A DNA stretch of 64,000 nt from Bigelowiella natans CCMP2755 (GCA_000320545.1 ADNK01000981.1:93960-157959); one strand, 5' to 3'. Positions 14,871-29,600 are shown, counted from the first letter of the stretch. Numbers and translations are program-made. Notes: generated by a model from the letters alone, not told the origin.

Positions 14871-16865
14871 AAATCAGCTTATTCTCCATCATCCCTTTTG
14901 AAGAAGAAGAAGAAGCAGCAGCAGCAGCACCCACATAATGATGATGATCGTGATCATGAGAACGGTATGAGAATATGTATACGTTCATTTCTTCCATAGC
15001 ATTTTCACCAACCTCTCCTCCTCCCCCTCCTCCTCCATCACAACTACCATCACCATCACCATCACTAGCAGCAATGGTAGAGTTCTTTTCTTCTCTTCCC
15101 TGTTCCCCAATTGTTGTTGTTGTTGTTGTGACAACAAGGAGGGGATGGATGCTCTGATATCCCCATACCTGTGCATTATTATTGTAGTAGTAACATATGA
15201 TGGTGATACGAGGAGGAGGCACATCGAAACAACATACAACACAGTAGTAGAACAACATCATAGCACTTACATAGTAGTACTACCGTGAGGGCTACGGGAG
15301 ACCCCTTCAAACCAGATGTACGTTTAGGAATAACCCGACTGATCTTCCCATCTCGAAATTCAAGAATTCGGCCATCGTCGCAGCAGGCAAGAAAATGAGT
15401 TGGGGGGGGTAGAGGAAGTGATGGCTCTCCGTTGCCTATATTTAAGGAGAATGGAGGGATCCATGCACAGGTTATCGACGGAAAATAATGCTCTGGAATG
15501 GCTCCAACCCCCCCCCCTTCTACTCCTCTTGCGAGTAGGGTAATCTTTGCTGCTTGATTAAGACCGCATATGAGGTGCAGAATCTCGGTAGTAGGACAGT
15601 CGTCGTAGTCAGCCCTAACCCCCCCCCTTCTCCTTCTTCGCGCACAGGCAATCAACATCGACATTCCTCCTCCTTCTCCTCCTTGTTCATCTGGGCAAAA
15701 GCACGCGTGGAGGGGCTTTGTGATCAGTGTTGCAGTAGTAGTACTACCAGTGCTCCCCTTGAGATCGAGGTAGGTTACACAAAATTCCTGATGATGACGA
15801 GAATAAGGAAGGAGAATAACATAAGATACATAGGAATGAATATACAGGATTGGCAGTGACAGAGAGGGTGAGGAACAGATAGTGATAATAACAACCAAGA
15901 AGAACGGGGTAAACACTGATCCGAGAACATCCATGATTTCTGGTAAAAGATATCATAAATTACCTGTGTTTCGGGGCAAACGCGGCCACAATACACTCTT
16001 TGCGACACTACTACTAGTCGATTGTCATTGTTGCTATTGGATCTGGTATTCAATTCACCATCCCTGCGGCGCTTCTTCCAGTTACTACTGTTCATCTGGC
16101 TCATTGACAACGATGACGACACACCATCATCAGCTGCAGCAGTAGCTGCTTCTTCGATGATACGTGGAGCGGTAATGATCCAAATGGCAGGTCCGTCTGT
16201 AATGAAACACTTTGGCCACTCCTTTGCTCTACTACTACTACTACAAGAAGAATAAGAAGAAGAAACAGAGAGTGGCGTTGATGAACCAAGGGAGTAGCTG
16301 GGAAGCCCAAATATAGTGAGTATCTCTCCTCCTCCTCCTCCTGCATCACTGTCTGCCTCATTCTTCTCTTTATCTCTAGCTAATGAAGAGAGATTTGAGG
16401 AGTAGTAGAAATGTTCTGCAATAGCACACGTGTTTCGCTGAGCGTCGAATAAGCAAGCGAAGATGGAATATTGTCCATCAGAGAAACTACTTAAGGAAGC
16501 CTTTCCCTCTATAAAGCTAAAACCGGTCAGTTCTCGGAAAACAGTGCGTGAAATCTGCTTGGAGAACCCGCCGCAGCCTTCTCCTCCTCCCCCTTCTTCT
16601 TCTTGGTAGCTGAAGCGAGAGATCGTCGGTGGTGCCGAACCGTCACTATGTAGGACGCATAGGTTTCCCAGCCCATCAGGTATGGTAATTGTAGGAGAAC
16701 CATGCCGAACTACTGCACGAGGAGGAGGAGCACCACTGCTGGGTTCCATTATTCCGTAGAAGCCCCGTCAGACACAAACACGACCGGCAGCAGCTGCAGC
16801 TCTGAGGATGATGATGATCATTGCACACACACACACACGCGCGCGCGCGCACGCACGAACACACA

Positions 16866-16896
<31 letters not shown>

Positions 16897-16961
16897 TCAC
16901 ACACAGGAGAATTCAGCAGCTTTTTTACACAATACTCTCTGTGAATGCAATCGACCTTCAT
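10647..16961 (-). CDS. Large low-complexity protein, possible FANCB (Fanconi anaemia core complex) homolog (multi-exon)
   Basis: Long ORFs 15775..16749, 15179..15934 and 12604..14544 plus smaller exons. The blocks FLACCDDGRILEFRDGKISRVIP, the helix YLAVYSSLQRQIAHSWSLLNHLEDKAKNKTRLVHHAKMMLKRI, and VIERVFAWCDSDRDTIRLIL recall FANCB segments in the same order. Gene existence is well supported, but the identity is tentative. Confidence 0.45.
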
Positions 16962-17868
16962 CTTAGATACTGCGACAAGAATGCGGCTATGTCTTTAAAT
17001 AAAAACGTCATTTTTTGTACTTAAATGGACTATCCGAATGCTTGGTTGGAAAAGAGATGGTTACCACCCAGGGATATGAAATTAAGACAGCAAAATAATG
17101 TTGTCGTTTTCCATAAAAATCTGCTGAGCTACTTGAGCTTTTTGAGATGATACTGTCATCTCAAACTGTCAATGAATATTGCAACGGTACTGAAAAATAA
17201 GAATATTATTTTGATACGACATACTAAATTATTATCTCGATTGTAAATAGTATGGGTTTTTATACAATTATGTCAAGATTAAGCTATACTGTGATCTGAC
17301 GAAGGAGAGGGTGTCACTCAAGGTAAAAGTGACCTTTCACTTCGGATAATCGCTCGTAAATTTATTAAAGACAAAGAAAAATATAGAAATTTAGCTCTAC
17401 AACAATGGGATTTTCTACAAAGTATACATCTTTTTACTTGTTGAAAGTGTGGGTTATGCTGAATAATTCAACGATCACGAACGAAGACGCCAAGGATGGA
17501 GACGGATGATGAGCCCTTCTCGCCTCAGCCCACCTCCACGGTATATCCAATCTAAAATACGTCAATTTCCCACATCCGTACTCAGAAAAATCGTGAAGAA
17601 AGGGTGGAGAAGCATGGATCGTAGAACGAAAGAGGGGGGGAAACAGATGCTCTTTGTTCGTGCTCGTGGTGGTTGTGCTCGTTTCTCACTTTTCAATACG
17701 CAACCTTGAATATTTCTGTTGTAGCGTACCATTGAGAATGAAACTAGCTTATTTTATATAATATGATACGAAGATACATTAAACATATAAACTAGATCCT
17801 TTGCAACCCAAGTCTTTCCGGTGATAGGTTTTTTCTAACGATTGTCAATTAATCTTTAGGAGAGAGAG

Positions 17869-18608
17869 ATGAACTCAAAGTTCGTTGATGCCCTTGATGC
17901 CAAATCCTCTCAAATGAAAGCTTCTACATATGCGACGAAGAGTAATAACTTCAATAGTAGTCCGAGTTTTCGACGGACAATGAAAAGGAAGCCATCATCT
18001 GCTGCACCATCGCCTACTACTATCACTTCTACTACAACCGGTAGAGAATCCAAAGGATCTTCTGGGATGGAAACAGGCGACGTCGGGTTAAGAACAGAGA
18101 CTGACCAACCCAAGGTAAAGAGGAGAAGGAGGAGGAGGAGGAGAAACAGCATTTTTGCAATGCGTGTTTGGCCGAATTTGCAGCCAGAGCCTGAGAGAAA
18201 AAATTACCCACCGTAGCAGCGCCCATCATCCATATACTACTATAAATTAACATCTACCAATATGACCCCGCAGAAGCAGGCGCGCAGACGATGGGAAGAC
18301 AATAATGAACCCTCTTCTCTTTTCTCGGATACAAAAAACACTTCGACTTCATCAGAAAAAGAAGGAAATGAAGGGGCTAGTTGGGAGAAGAGAGGTACTT
18401 GAGAAGAGGAATAGTCTTAACTAGATATTAGAAAACACACATACGCTGTGTATATATTACCTTAACACCAATGTGGATTTGGATATATGTGGGTGATTGA
18501 GTATGTTTGATGATGGTGGTTTAAGGCTTTGTGAGAGTTAGGGAGGGAGGGTCGCAATGAAATGATGAATACTCTCTCTCTCTCTCTCTCACACACACAT
18601 ACATACAC

Positions 18609-18666
<58 letters not shown>

Positions 18667-19953
18667 CACTCTATATTTAATGAAGGAGTTCGATTAGCAG
18701 TTAACGTCATGTATGTATTACAGGCGAAGAGAATGATTCACTCAATGATCTGCTGCAAACTTTCGCAAAAATGGTCAAGACAACACCTACAACGCACATA
18801 GTGGGAAGAGAACTGGAGGGAAGGGGCACCATTAATTGATTATATATACATATATATTCATAAATATTTCTATATTATTGTTTTATTTATTTGATTTGTG
18901 TGTGCGTGTGCGTGTGCGTGTGTGTGTGTGTGTGCTTGTCCACAGGCGATTCCCAAGAGCGATCATGAATATTGTCCTTTGTGCTTTAAACAATTTAAAA
19001 TCGGTAGTATGAACTAACTAGTAAACAAAAGACTTGACAGCTTAAGTCGCACAAATCAATCACTACCTACGTTACATTGATGATTTGCCTAAATTACGAA
19101 GAAGAAAAAGATGAAGAGGAGCGCCCAGTTAATGCATACCAAAATATTAATAGAAAACTAAATTGTTTTGTTTTTATTACAGGAGAAGAATTTTCAAATC
19201 ACGTGCACAAATGTCTAGACAAAATGGAAACGAACCTGAAGCAGCGTGATGATGGTTTAGGTGTCAGTATGTTTAATGATGATGATGATGACACCAAAAA
19301 CGCTGCTGCTAGATCCTCCTCGGACGATTTAGATTGCTTTCCCGGTGGGGATTGTCCAAACGGTGTCAAATGTACAATAACAACTGCGGAGCATTTTCGG
19401 TTTTGCCGGCACCCAAAGGTATAAGTGATGTTATGTGAATGATAATGATGATGGTGATGATGATGATGATTTCTGCAGTGGTAGTATCGATAGAAAAACT
19501 GACGCCTCTCCTATAATACATGCACGTGTGTTTGCGTGTGTTATTATGATGCCATATGATGATCATGTGGGTGTGAGGTGCTGTGTTGTCTCATTATCGG
19601 CAAAGAAACAGTGTAAATTGTATATGTGTTTAAATATGTATGTATAAAATATTTAGTGCGTGTGTGCGTGTGTGTGTGTGTGTTGCGTTGTAACATCAGC
19701 TCCTTTATTATCAATATGTTGAGATTATTAAATAATTTCAATAATTCCTAATGCTATTTACTGACGTCTGCTACTGGTACTGGTGCTTACATAGGTCGAA
19801 TGTCCCATATGCTGCGAAAAGTGGCACATGCACGAAATCAACGCACATGTCACCTTTTGTCTCAATAAAGGAGGAGGAGGAGAAGGGTAATTTGATCTAC
19901 TTTTTAGTAAGAAGATAACAATGCTGAGCTATGTAGTAGTATCAATCACACAC

Positions 19954-19990
<37 letters not shown>

Positions 19991-20178
19991 GCGCAGGGAT
20001 TCTGAGGTGGAAATGAAGAAAGCATCTACAGAGAGTAGTAGTAGTAGTAATAATAGAAGCAGCAGTGACGTACAGCAGCCTCCCCGTCTTCCATCGATGT
20101 CAACGCAACAAATGGCAGCCTGTGCAAAAGCTATTCTCGATGCTAAGGTGGTGGTGGTGCGTACTTAGGTTTAGTAAT

Positions 20179-20215
<37 letters not shown>

Positions 20216-20447
20216 AAGTGACACAATTAATCATCATCATGTCGTCATCTGTCTGTATGGTAGATGGATGGAAGGCTGACAGTGTAGTATCTGCAATTAT
20301 TGTGGTGTTGATCTGTATGTCTTCTTTATCATTATTATTTATTTTTTTTTATCATTCTTTTTCCCCATCCAGGAGAAAGAAGGAGGAGGCGACGACTCAT
20401 TAGTCAATATGCTGCAGCGCTTCAAAACCCTAGGTTAGCAATGATGT

Positions 20448-20478
<31 letters not shown>

Positions 20479-20779
20479 TGCACTTCTGCTGCCACCACCG
20501 TGTGGGCATGATAAATAAAATATGTGCGTCGTCGTAGGTTTTACACGAGAGAATTTAAAGAACAGACTAAAGGAAATTAATGATAGCGACGACGTCTCTG
20601 CCTCCTCCTCTTCCCAATTCTCTACTGAAAGAAGAGCGCAGCAGCAGCAGCAGCAGCAGCAGGGTGGTGCTGCTCTTGCTCCTTCTCCTGCTGTTTCTAC
20701 GTCGTTTGCCCTGAAACCGCCCTCCTTTACTTTCAACGCAAATTCCTTCTCAGATGATCAGGTATATAATATACATTGC

Positions 20780-20827
<48 letters not shown>

Positions 20828-21165
20828 AGTAGTAGTAGTAGTAGTGGTAGGAGTAGTAGTTATGCGTTGTAATGAGAGCTATTATTCCATGGATGATAAG
20901 TGAAAAATACGTAGTTGAATGAACGAAGGGAGAAGGTAGAAGCTAGATTGTATTGTTTTTAGTCCCAATCACATACTTCTGACGCTTGCTGCTATTTCAT
21001 CAATAATCTTGTTAATCTGATAATAAAAGGGAATGAAGAAAGAAGAGAAGAAGGGAACAAACTAATAACAGCACACATAACAATTAGAAGAATATATAGC
21101 AGGTTGGCCAACACACGAAGACAGACAAACAGAGAGAGGGAGAGAGAGAGAACTTAGTTACCTAG
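17869..21165 (+). CDS. UBZ-type and PBZ-type zinc-finger protein (multi-exon)
   Basis: Spliced motifs: CPLCFKQFKI-GEEFSNHVHKCLD (UBZ-like), CPNGVKCTITTAEHFRFCRHP (PBZ/zf-CCHH-like) and VECPICCEKWHMHEINAHVTFCL (Rad18/UBZ4-like). The last exon is uncertain. Confidence 0.65.
18616..18664. repeat. (TA)n microsatellite, representative of many intronic SSRs: (CA)n, (GA)n, (TA)n, (CAT)n, (TAG)n, (GAG)n
   Basis: Directly visible. Similar (TA)n runs at ~41050, ~44080, ~53748, ~60090, ~61706 and ~63323. Confidence 0.95.
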
Positions 21166-21358
21166 CTTTCTTCTATCTTTCGCTCGTAGACGACGTATTC
21201 TAATTTGCCAAGCATTAAATCAAAAGAATGATGAGAAAACAGGAGAGAGAGAGAGAAAAAAAAATTAGTTACCTAGCTTTTCTATCTTTCACTCGTAGAC
21301 GTATTCTTTTCGCCAGGCATTAAATCAAAAGAATTATGAGTAAACAGGAGTAAACAGG
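21140..21358. repeat. ~105-bp imperfect tandem duplication
   Basis: ttagttacctagcttt...ctatcttt...ctcgtagacg...gcattaaatcaaaagaat..gag.aaacaggag occurs twice in succession. Confidence 0.85.
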
Positions 21359-21749
21359 CGTCTCTTCGCGACCACTTATTATTACCTTTGCTCTATTTTT
21401 ATTCCAATATATTCTATCATCATCATATCAAACATCTGCCTTATCTTTATTATTTGATATGAATTAATAGATTATTGTCTGGATAGTGCTTCTTTATGCA
21501 CCCTCGTGGTTATTCTCGCTTCGGCGGACGATTGATTTTGAATTTGAAGATTAGGAAAGAGGACACTTTCCCAATAAAAGGTTAAAAATACATGCATACA
21601 AGTGCAATATTTTATATTTTGCAAAAAATGTGTTTTGTGTTTGAATGTGTGAGGAAATACTGCATTTGTTATTTAAACTTAACCATCACCTTGTCGTGAA
21701 GGAGCTTTTATCATCGTCAACTTCGATCATCTTTCATTAGCATTGACAA

Positions 21750-22330
21750 CTTGTAGCTGTGGATCGCTACGCTACCACGCACTGCTAGCTAGCTAGATCG
21801 ACTAGAGCTAGCTAGCTAGCTAGAGCACATGGAACTTTTTAGCTGCACCAGCCTAGCTAGCTAGCTAGGTGCATCCAAAACGTTGCATGCCAGCATGTCA
21901 AGACGATGTCTAGATGTGCTGGTGTGCAAATTGTGCACCATGTCAATTGCAGTGCAATTTTCACACTCACACTGCACGCATGTGGCGTGCTAGCGTGCAG
22001 TCAATGCGCACATCTACATGGACAATTCTAGAATTGACTCTGGCCATGTCTAGCGCTAGCTGTGTTGCACACAGATGAGCGCGTTACAGATTACGTTGCA
22101 TGCACACATGAGACACGCAAAGTAATGTGCACACGTCACGTGAACTGTCCATTGTCCACAGTGCTAGTCACATACGCAGCTAGACTCATCACACGAAAAG
22201 GTGACATGCAACACACACTAGCACATGCTAGCATGGCATCGCATGAAATCACTTGCCTGCCACCATGCTAGCATGGCTAGACAGATGCACACATTATAGC
22301 ATGGACAATGTGAGTGCATGCGTGCGTGTG
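21750..22330. other. TpA-poor, (CTAG)n-rich convergent intergenic zone
   Basis: About a dozen CTAG in 21785-21868, mostly as tandem arrays, and few TA outside CTAG. Confidence 0.75.
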
Positions 22331-22417
22331 TGTGTCGATAAAATCTCAATTTTTGCTTTGTTCAGGGATTGCATCAGACTGCTCAGCACTTATTGACCTA
22401 CTACTAATAAATTTACT

Positions 22418-23034
22418 TCAGTTACATGTCTCCCATTCAGTAATGCTGTTTTTGAAAGTAGACTCTTTCATGAGCACCATTCTCTTCTCTCGCCAGCCAG
22501 ACACAAGAGTATCGATAGAACCTTATTGTCAACCATCGCCGTATTTGAAGTACAAGTTGTAATTTAATTCGATTGAATTCGTAGGAATTATAAAATATGA
22601 TAACAAGAACAAGCGACTTGTTCTTGAAATTATGGGATGTAGACAACAAAGACTAAACAGTAGAGAAAATGTGTACTGGTCGTCGTTGTCTCGTTGTCAC
22701 AATGATTGCATATGATCTGTATCGTTCTGCTGTTCTTAGCTTTAGTTGTTATTGGCATGAATACAAGTTGTCGTCATCCTTATCATTCCTTTTAGTCCTA
22801 ATACTATAAAGATCAATGGCTACGAACTAGACGACACTACCACGTATGACCTGTGTGCATTTTTTGGAAGCCATCCAATTTGATATCCTTCATTTTAACA
22901 GCATCAACTTGGAGGAAGCTTTGAATGTCTTGCATGTACTTTTTAGGATCATCCATCATGTCCTAAGTTATATATTTGTTGTTGCTCTATCAACATCAAG
23001 TGCATCATGATCGTGTTCTACTACTTCTGCAACC

Positions 23035-23075
<41 letters not shown>

Positions 23076-23207
23076 TACATATTCAGATTACTTTTATAAT
23101 CAATCATCACCACACTTGAATAAGTACCTCATAATCAATTTGAAGCGATGATTTTACGCGATTACTAAATTTTCGAATTTGCTCTTGGGCCCAGCCAATC
23201 CTATAAC

Positions 23208-23239
<32 letters not shown>

Positions 23240-23492
23240 CAAAATGTGAAGAAAGGATCGATGAAAGAGATAATGTTGCTGGTTATTTACCATTTTATTT
23301 TATTTTGTAAGAATTCAACAGGAATATCCACCGCTTGCTCCTCCGGAAGTGTTTCCTGAGAAAAGGAAATTTAGAAGGGAGAAAATTAGGAAAAAAGAAG
23401 GAAAATTTGGAAAGGAGCAGCTACAGTAGTACTAGTGGTTTGAACCAAGAAAGATTAAGTTATAAACGAGATGATCTTGTAGCATGATGGTA

Positions 23493-23525
<33 letters not shown>

Positions 23526-23770
23526 AACACATGACAAAATCAATTTACAAACAGAGTCTGCAATAAATTCAAGCATAATGCATCTTCTAATCCTTCCTTC
23601 TATCAACGTCACATGAATCGTATGGATCTTACAGTGCTAAGGACGTGGTTTTGATAAATAAAAGATGGTGGCTTACGTTCTTCTTGATGTTATATTTCTC
23701 ACGCATTACCCCTTTATCATACATTGAAATTGCTTGTCGAAGATAATTTTTTCGGTCTGTTATGTACAGC

Positions 23771-23808
<38 letters not shown>

Positions 23809-24270
23809 TATCACCAAGGGTGGAAATATAAAAAAGAATAGTTAAAATGGTTTGACTCATCGGTCAAAAGGGCTGAAGTTCATTTAGCATGTCTTTCTTA
23901 CGGAGAAAGATCACTCTGACGTCATTCTTGTTGCAGTACTCCACAACTTCGTCTACATGTCTGGAGAGCCCATCACTGAAGATCCACTTCAAACCCACTG
24001 ATTTTACCTAACAGCAGAAAATAATAATAGTTGGTTGTCTCGTCTTCTTCGCTATCCTTGTTTTCTTCAAGATGATGTTCTTGTTTATGTTGGTGCTGCT
24101 CCTTCCCCCCTATCGCTGCTTTGTCTGCCTCTATTACACATAACTATGTACCTGTGGGTTGAGTGATTCTGCTAAGCAAACGTTGAGCATTTCCTCCCAA
24201 TTGTTGCCATAGTCAAAAGGCCCCTTCAACTTCGGACTCAACTCATTGAAAAACCTTACATATATGTGTT

Positions 24271-24314
<44 letters not shown>

Positions 24315-24883
24315 ACACCTGTATCAATGAAACCTCTTGTGCCCTCCTTAAGAATGTGCTTCTACCCAATGTATGCACTACCTTTCAATTTGTGTGGATT
24401 TTTTTTTATTATCCGCAACACTGTGCAGGTGTTGGTAGGTGACCATCTCCCCGTAGTTCTCAATTTGAGGATGAGATTTCAGCATATCACCTATAATATT
24501 TAAGATCATTTCATTTATTCTCTCTTTCCACTTCCTCCCAACCAAACCCACTCTCTCTCTCTCTCTCTCTGTCTTGATAGACGAGTGCATACATAGCCAT
24601 GTTGAGCCAGATCGCCGCACGTTCACAATAATGTATTTGGTGCCTCCTCCATTTTTGTGTCCACTATAATTTTGTTCCGATATGGCCAACCCTAATGACG
24701 CACATTTTCATCTCCGTCATGCAATTTGACAACTGTTTAAAGAACGAGTAAAATAATAGAGTATTCACTTTTACCACTTGCTCCCAGGCTAGCAGTATCT
24801 TCTACCCATGCCCCCATTGAGCAGGATGATGAAAACAGAAATATCACAAATATAAAAGAGGCAATCCGAGTTGTAACCATCAT
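22418..24883 (-). CDS. Secretory-pathway sulfotransferase, Stf0/NodH-like (multi-exon)
   Basis: Signal anchor MMVTTRIASFIFVIFLFSS, PAPS-binding motif VRRSGSTWL, DMLKSHPQIENYGEM, VGLKW, RKNYLRQAIS, IDYE|DMMDDPKKYMQDIQSFLQV and KMHTGSIDTLVSGW, with the stop at 22418-22420. Confidence 0.8.
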
Positions 24884-25462
24884 TGTGCTGTCTAGATCTA
24901 GTTAGATTTAACTATTTTTGTAGGGGGGGGGACGGAAGTGCTCCAAGATTGGAATTGAGCTGTATTTATCTTTGATGGTTATATATTTTGTTGTCGCACA
25001 TGGATATTCAAAGCGGATTATAGAATAAATCGCATATACTGCAAGCAAATACTGATGATTTATTCATCGAACTATTACAGGCTAATAATCTCTCGAGACT
25101 CTCTGTCTCTCTCTCTCTCTCGTCTCTCTCTCGTCTCTCTGTCTCTGTCTCTCTCTCTCGTCTCTCTACAGGCCTGTAGATGAAATAATGATCATGCAAA
25201 TTGACAAAATGATCGCCGGTACGAGTAAGCAACTTCAGCAGGCTATGACGCATAGAGGGAATGTAGACGGTTTTCCTTGCCGACAGATACTCCCAAGCGA
25301 AAAATGCTCGTTAACATAAAATGCTCTACTGTTAGCCTGGAACATCGAAGAATTTTGGACCAACATAATATAAGATAAATGACCTGTAATTCATGATGTT
25401 TGATGTAAAATACCATGTCATATTGAGAAAATGCACCTCGTTCACCATTCTCGCTCCGCCTG

Positions 25463-25913
25463 ATGGGGCCGCGCGCCCGGGTTTCGCCCAACGGCGGCGC
25501 GCGTCTCTGTCTTCGAGCAACGCTCCTCGTTATCTCCTCGATAGTTCTTATCCTTCCAGAATGCATGAGGACCAAGTGGCCAGCAAGGTATAACTCAATA
25601 TCTGCACTTTTAAGACTAAAGAGTAGGAAATTCTTTGTAAAGCTTGCGACGATTACAAGCCGTTGGTGTAGTAGCAGCGTCCATTGCTTCTGAGCCTTCA
25701 AACACATTTCAAAATTTACGATGTTGATAATCGTCACTACCTCGCTGATTTAGCTTTTATACTCTCCATGATCTCGTAGGTTTGCCCTTGCTTCGCCTGG
25801 ATGTGGGAGGGGCGTGGGGCCGTCGAACAGGCATGAAACACAGCAGCAGCGTCAGTGGCAAATAGGTAGTTGACGACGCCATTGTCACCACCATCACCAC
25901 CACCACCACTATT

Positions 25914-25957
<44 letters not shown>

Positions 25958-26826
25958 TCCCATCTCATCCTTCTTCTCCTTCTCATTATTATAATTTGTT
26001 ACATCGGTCATCAGGAGATCTTCCCCTTCAACTTTCTTCAGACGAACGTGCTCGCTTTGGACGCCTATGGAAGCTTGCAGGTGGTAAGGTTACGATGGAA
26101 GAGCGATTCGGTGATGTACCTTGGGCTGTAGAACGAAGAACAAGACGACAGCAGCAGCAGCAGACACAAGGAGGAGGAGGAGGAGGAGGAGGAGGAGGAG
26201 GAGAGGGAGGAGAAGAGTGGGACTTACTACCATGGTCGAGTGCAGAGAATTTACTGAAAAGACAATGGGACTATCGTATACGGATGTAGCTGCAATTAAG
26301 AATGCGTTGGGGGCGGATGGTTATCGGCAATCGATGAGTCGCAAACTGTTTGCTGTTGTGTTAAGATTAGCTGGTCAAGCTTCGTGTAAAAAACCGATTG
26401 CTCTCTCAGAAGAACTTATGATGATGGGAGAAGGACAAGGAAGACAGAAGTTGCAGCACCACCAGCAGCGGCAGCAGTATGAAATGCATGATCCCCTTTC
26501 CTCCTCCTCTCCTTCTCCCTCCTCTTCCAGATGAACCCCTCTACCCTACGGGCTTCCTCATTTGTTGGAGGGATTGTCCAGGGAATGGGGGTTGGGAATC
26601 AACGTCATCATCGGCATTATAATCATCGACATGATCACAATCAACAGCAGCAGCAGCAGGATCAGATGCAGTCGCATAATCGTGAGACCTCCTCTCCTCT
26701 TCGTAACCCGGATGATGATGGTCAATTGAAATAACAACTAACGTCGGGTTTTTTTAAGCAATAACAGCAGCAGCAGTTGTTAGTAGTAGTGAAGGTAGAA
26801 TGGTGGTAGTGGTGGTGGTGGTAGTT

Positions 26827-26865
<39 letters not shown>

Positions 26866-28508
26866 ATTTGAAGAGGAGAACCATCCACTACCACTACTTC
26901 CCTTTACTACTACTGTTTGCTCTCACCTTCAACGTGATAACAACAACTATTTATTATTACTGTTTCGTCTCTTCCGTTCATAGATTGCTTTCTGCTTTCT
27001 ACTAAGTACGATTGTATTGTTGTTTGTGGTGATAGCAGACTCTCATCATCACCATCATCATCATCATCATCATCATCATCTGGATTCTGCTCACACTACT
27101 AGTCCCAGCAGCCGGGTAATGACAACACCATCGTCATCTTACAAAGTAGCAGCAGATTTAAATGCTGCCAATTATCATGATCATCATCACCACCATCATC
27201 ACCAGAACGATGACCTTGGAACAACGAGGACTGCTTCAATGGCAGCAAATAATCCAAGAGTAGTAGTAGTAGGAGCTACTACTGGCGAAGGTGTCCACCA
27301 ACAGCATGCACGTAACAACAACAACAACAACAACAACAATCCTTTCGATTCAAGCGCTATGATGGAACGGCTACAGGTGAATAATGATGACTACGTATTG
27401 ACAGAGTAGTAGTAGCAGTAGTATAGTCGAGTGGTATCATGATGATGATCATTGGGATGATAATGCTGCTATATCAATACAGTTTCAATTATGATCAACG
27501 CTGAGTAGATACACTATGTTGTTTTTCTCTGTCAATTATTCATCATCACAACAACTCTTATTCCTGATAACTATGTACTACTACTTATGTTGTGTGCTGC
27601 AACCACCATTTCCACCACCATCATCACCACTGTGTATTATTATTACTATTATTATTATTAAAAGGCGGAGCTAGCAAGTAGTAAAAAGGCCATATCGATA
27701 CTCTCTCGTGAGCTGTCAGTAGAAAAAGCTAAGGCACACCTTTCTCAACATCGTGAACAAATGCTCAAAAACCAACTCAAAACGACTATTTTGAGGCGGA
27801 AGAGAGACCGCAACAAACTAGTAACCCTCAGTACCCAATTGAAAAGTGCTGCGGCGAAACTATATGCTAGGGGCGAGCTTGAAGAGGCCGGTGATATGTA
27901 CACAGCATGGCTGCAAGTTAACGGAATCGAAGAAGTGGAAGATAATAATAATAATAATAATAACAATAATGAAGAGGAGGAGGAGGAGGAGGAGGAAGAT
28001 TCTTCGAGTTGGAAAGAGAAGAGAAAGAACAAACAAGGTGGAAGAGTAGGAGGCGGAGGGGTAGGAAGAATGAAGGACTTGCAGAATAATCCAGACTGGA
28101 AGAAAGGAGGAGGAGGAGGAGGAGGAGGAGGAACTCCGATGGTGATAGAAGGAAAAGATGAAGAACAGCAGCTCTATGATAAGAATACTAATAGTGGCGC
28201 TGCTGGCATGGGAAACAATGGCCAAGGATGTATACAAACCGACGATGACAATCATCATCATCATCATCATCATCATCATAACACAACTACTGCTGCAGCT
28301 GCTGCTGTCATCTACACAAATAGGGCTGCTACGGCAATGATGATGAAGGTACAATGAAAAGAAGACAAGAAGAGAGGATAATGGGTTTCTTGTATTGTGT
28401 GTCGTCATGCATATTGAAGTAATGTATATCAGAACCGTGATGATGATGATTTTTGCCTTTTGCCGTCATCAAATCACGCGATACGATGTTACTGAGGAAG
28501 AGTGGGAG

Positions 28509-28544
<36 letters not shown>

Positions 28545-29203
28545 ACGCGCGCTGAAGCAGCTTGTATGATTATTGCACTAGAGAAAGAGGAGGAGGAGGA
28601 GGAGGAGGAGGAGGAGGAGGAGGGTTCTCTTGTTTCTTACTAAGATTATGTATTAATACTCTCTTTCCTCTCTCTTTCCTCTCTCTTCTCTCTCTCTCTC
28701 ATCTATCTCTCCCAGAGCTATATGGAGGCTATTAGCGACTGCAAGAAAGCAATAGCACTGCAACCTTCGCTAGTAAAACCGGTTGTTATAATTATGAAAT
28801 AGAGGAACAATAATAATGATAATTATAAGAAGAAGGCGGTTGTTATAACTATGTAATAGAGGAACAATAACAATGATAATAATAAGAAGAATAAGAAGAT
28901 GAAGAAGAAGAAGAAGAAGAAGAAGAGGGGAACAAACAAGTGATAAGATGATAGTGATGAAAGAAACCTTGATAGTATTTTGTCTATATGCTGCTACCTA
29001 GTTGTTCTACGTAGCAATTTGAGCACATGATGGATTATTGTATGTTTGTCATGACGTGACATTCATTATCATCATCATCATCATTCATCTTTGGCAAAAA
29101 ATAAGCAGCAGTCAGTCGATACACAGATCTCTCATCAAGGATTTTATTCTTATTTGATTCTTAATATATTTTGAGCTGCTTTAGCAAGGAGCAACGTGCG
29201 GCG

Positions 29204-29240
<37 letters not shown>

Positions 29241-29600
29241 CTAATTACCCGTGTTTCTCTCTCCCTATTTCTCAATATTTCTCTTTATGATTATCGAGCA
29301 GTATCTTCGATTAGGAAGATGCTACCTGATGCTGGGGGAGGTGATTAGTTGTTCTTTTTCTAGAATGTATGTTGGATGGTGGAACAGATGCAAGCGGCAC
29401 TGATAGAATGTGATGATGATATTATGATGATGCAGGGAGAGGAGTCCATAGATGTATTCCGTAAAGGCTTAAGAACGCAATCATCGTTGTGCAGCAGCAG
29501 CAGCACACAAGATGATAATAATAAGAAGAATGATGGTATGGCAGCAGGGGTACGTAATACTGCAATTCAACGTTAACATAATGAGTGTATGTATGTGTAT

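Noticed and set aside
25470-25503. 8-bp GC hairpin (cgcgcgcc...ggcgcgcg)
   Set aside because: It is short, probably lies in the first coding exon, and has no RNA-family features.
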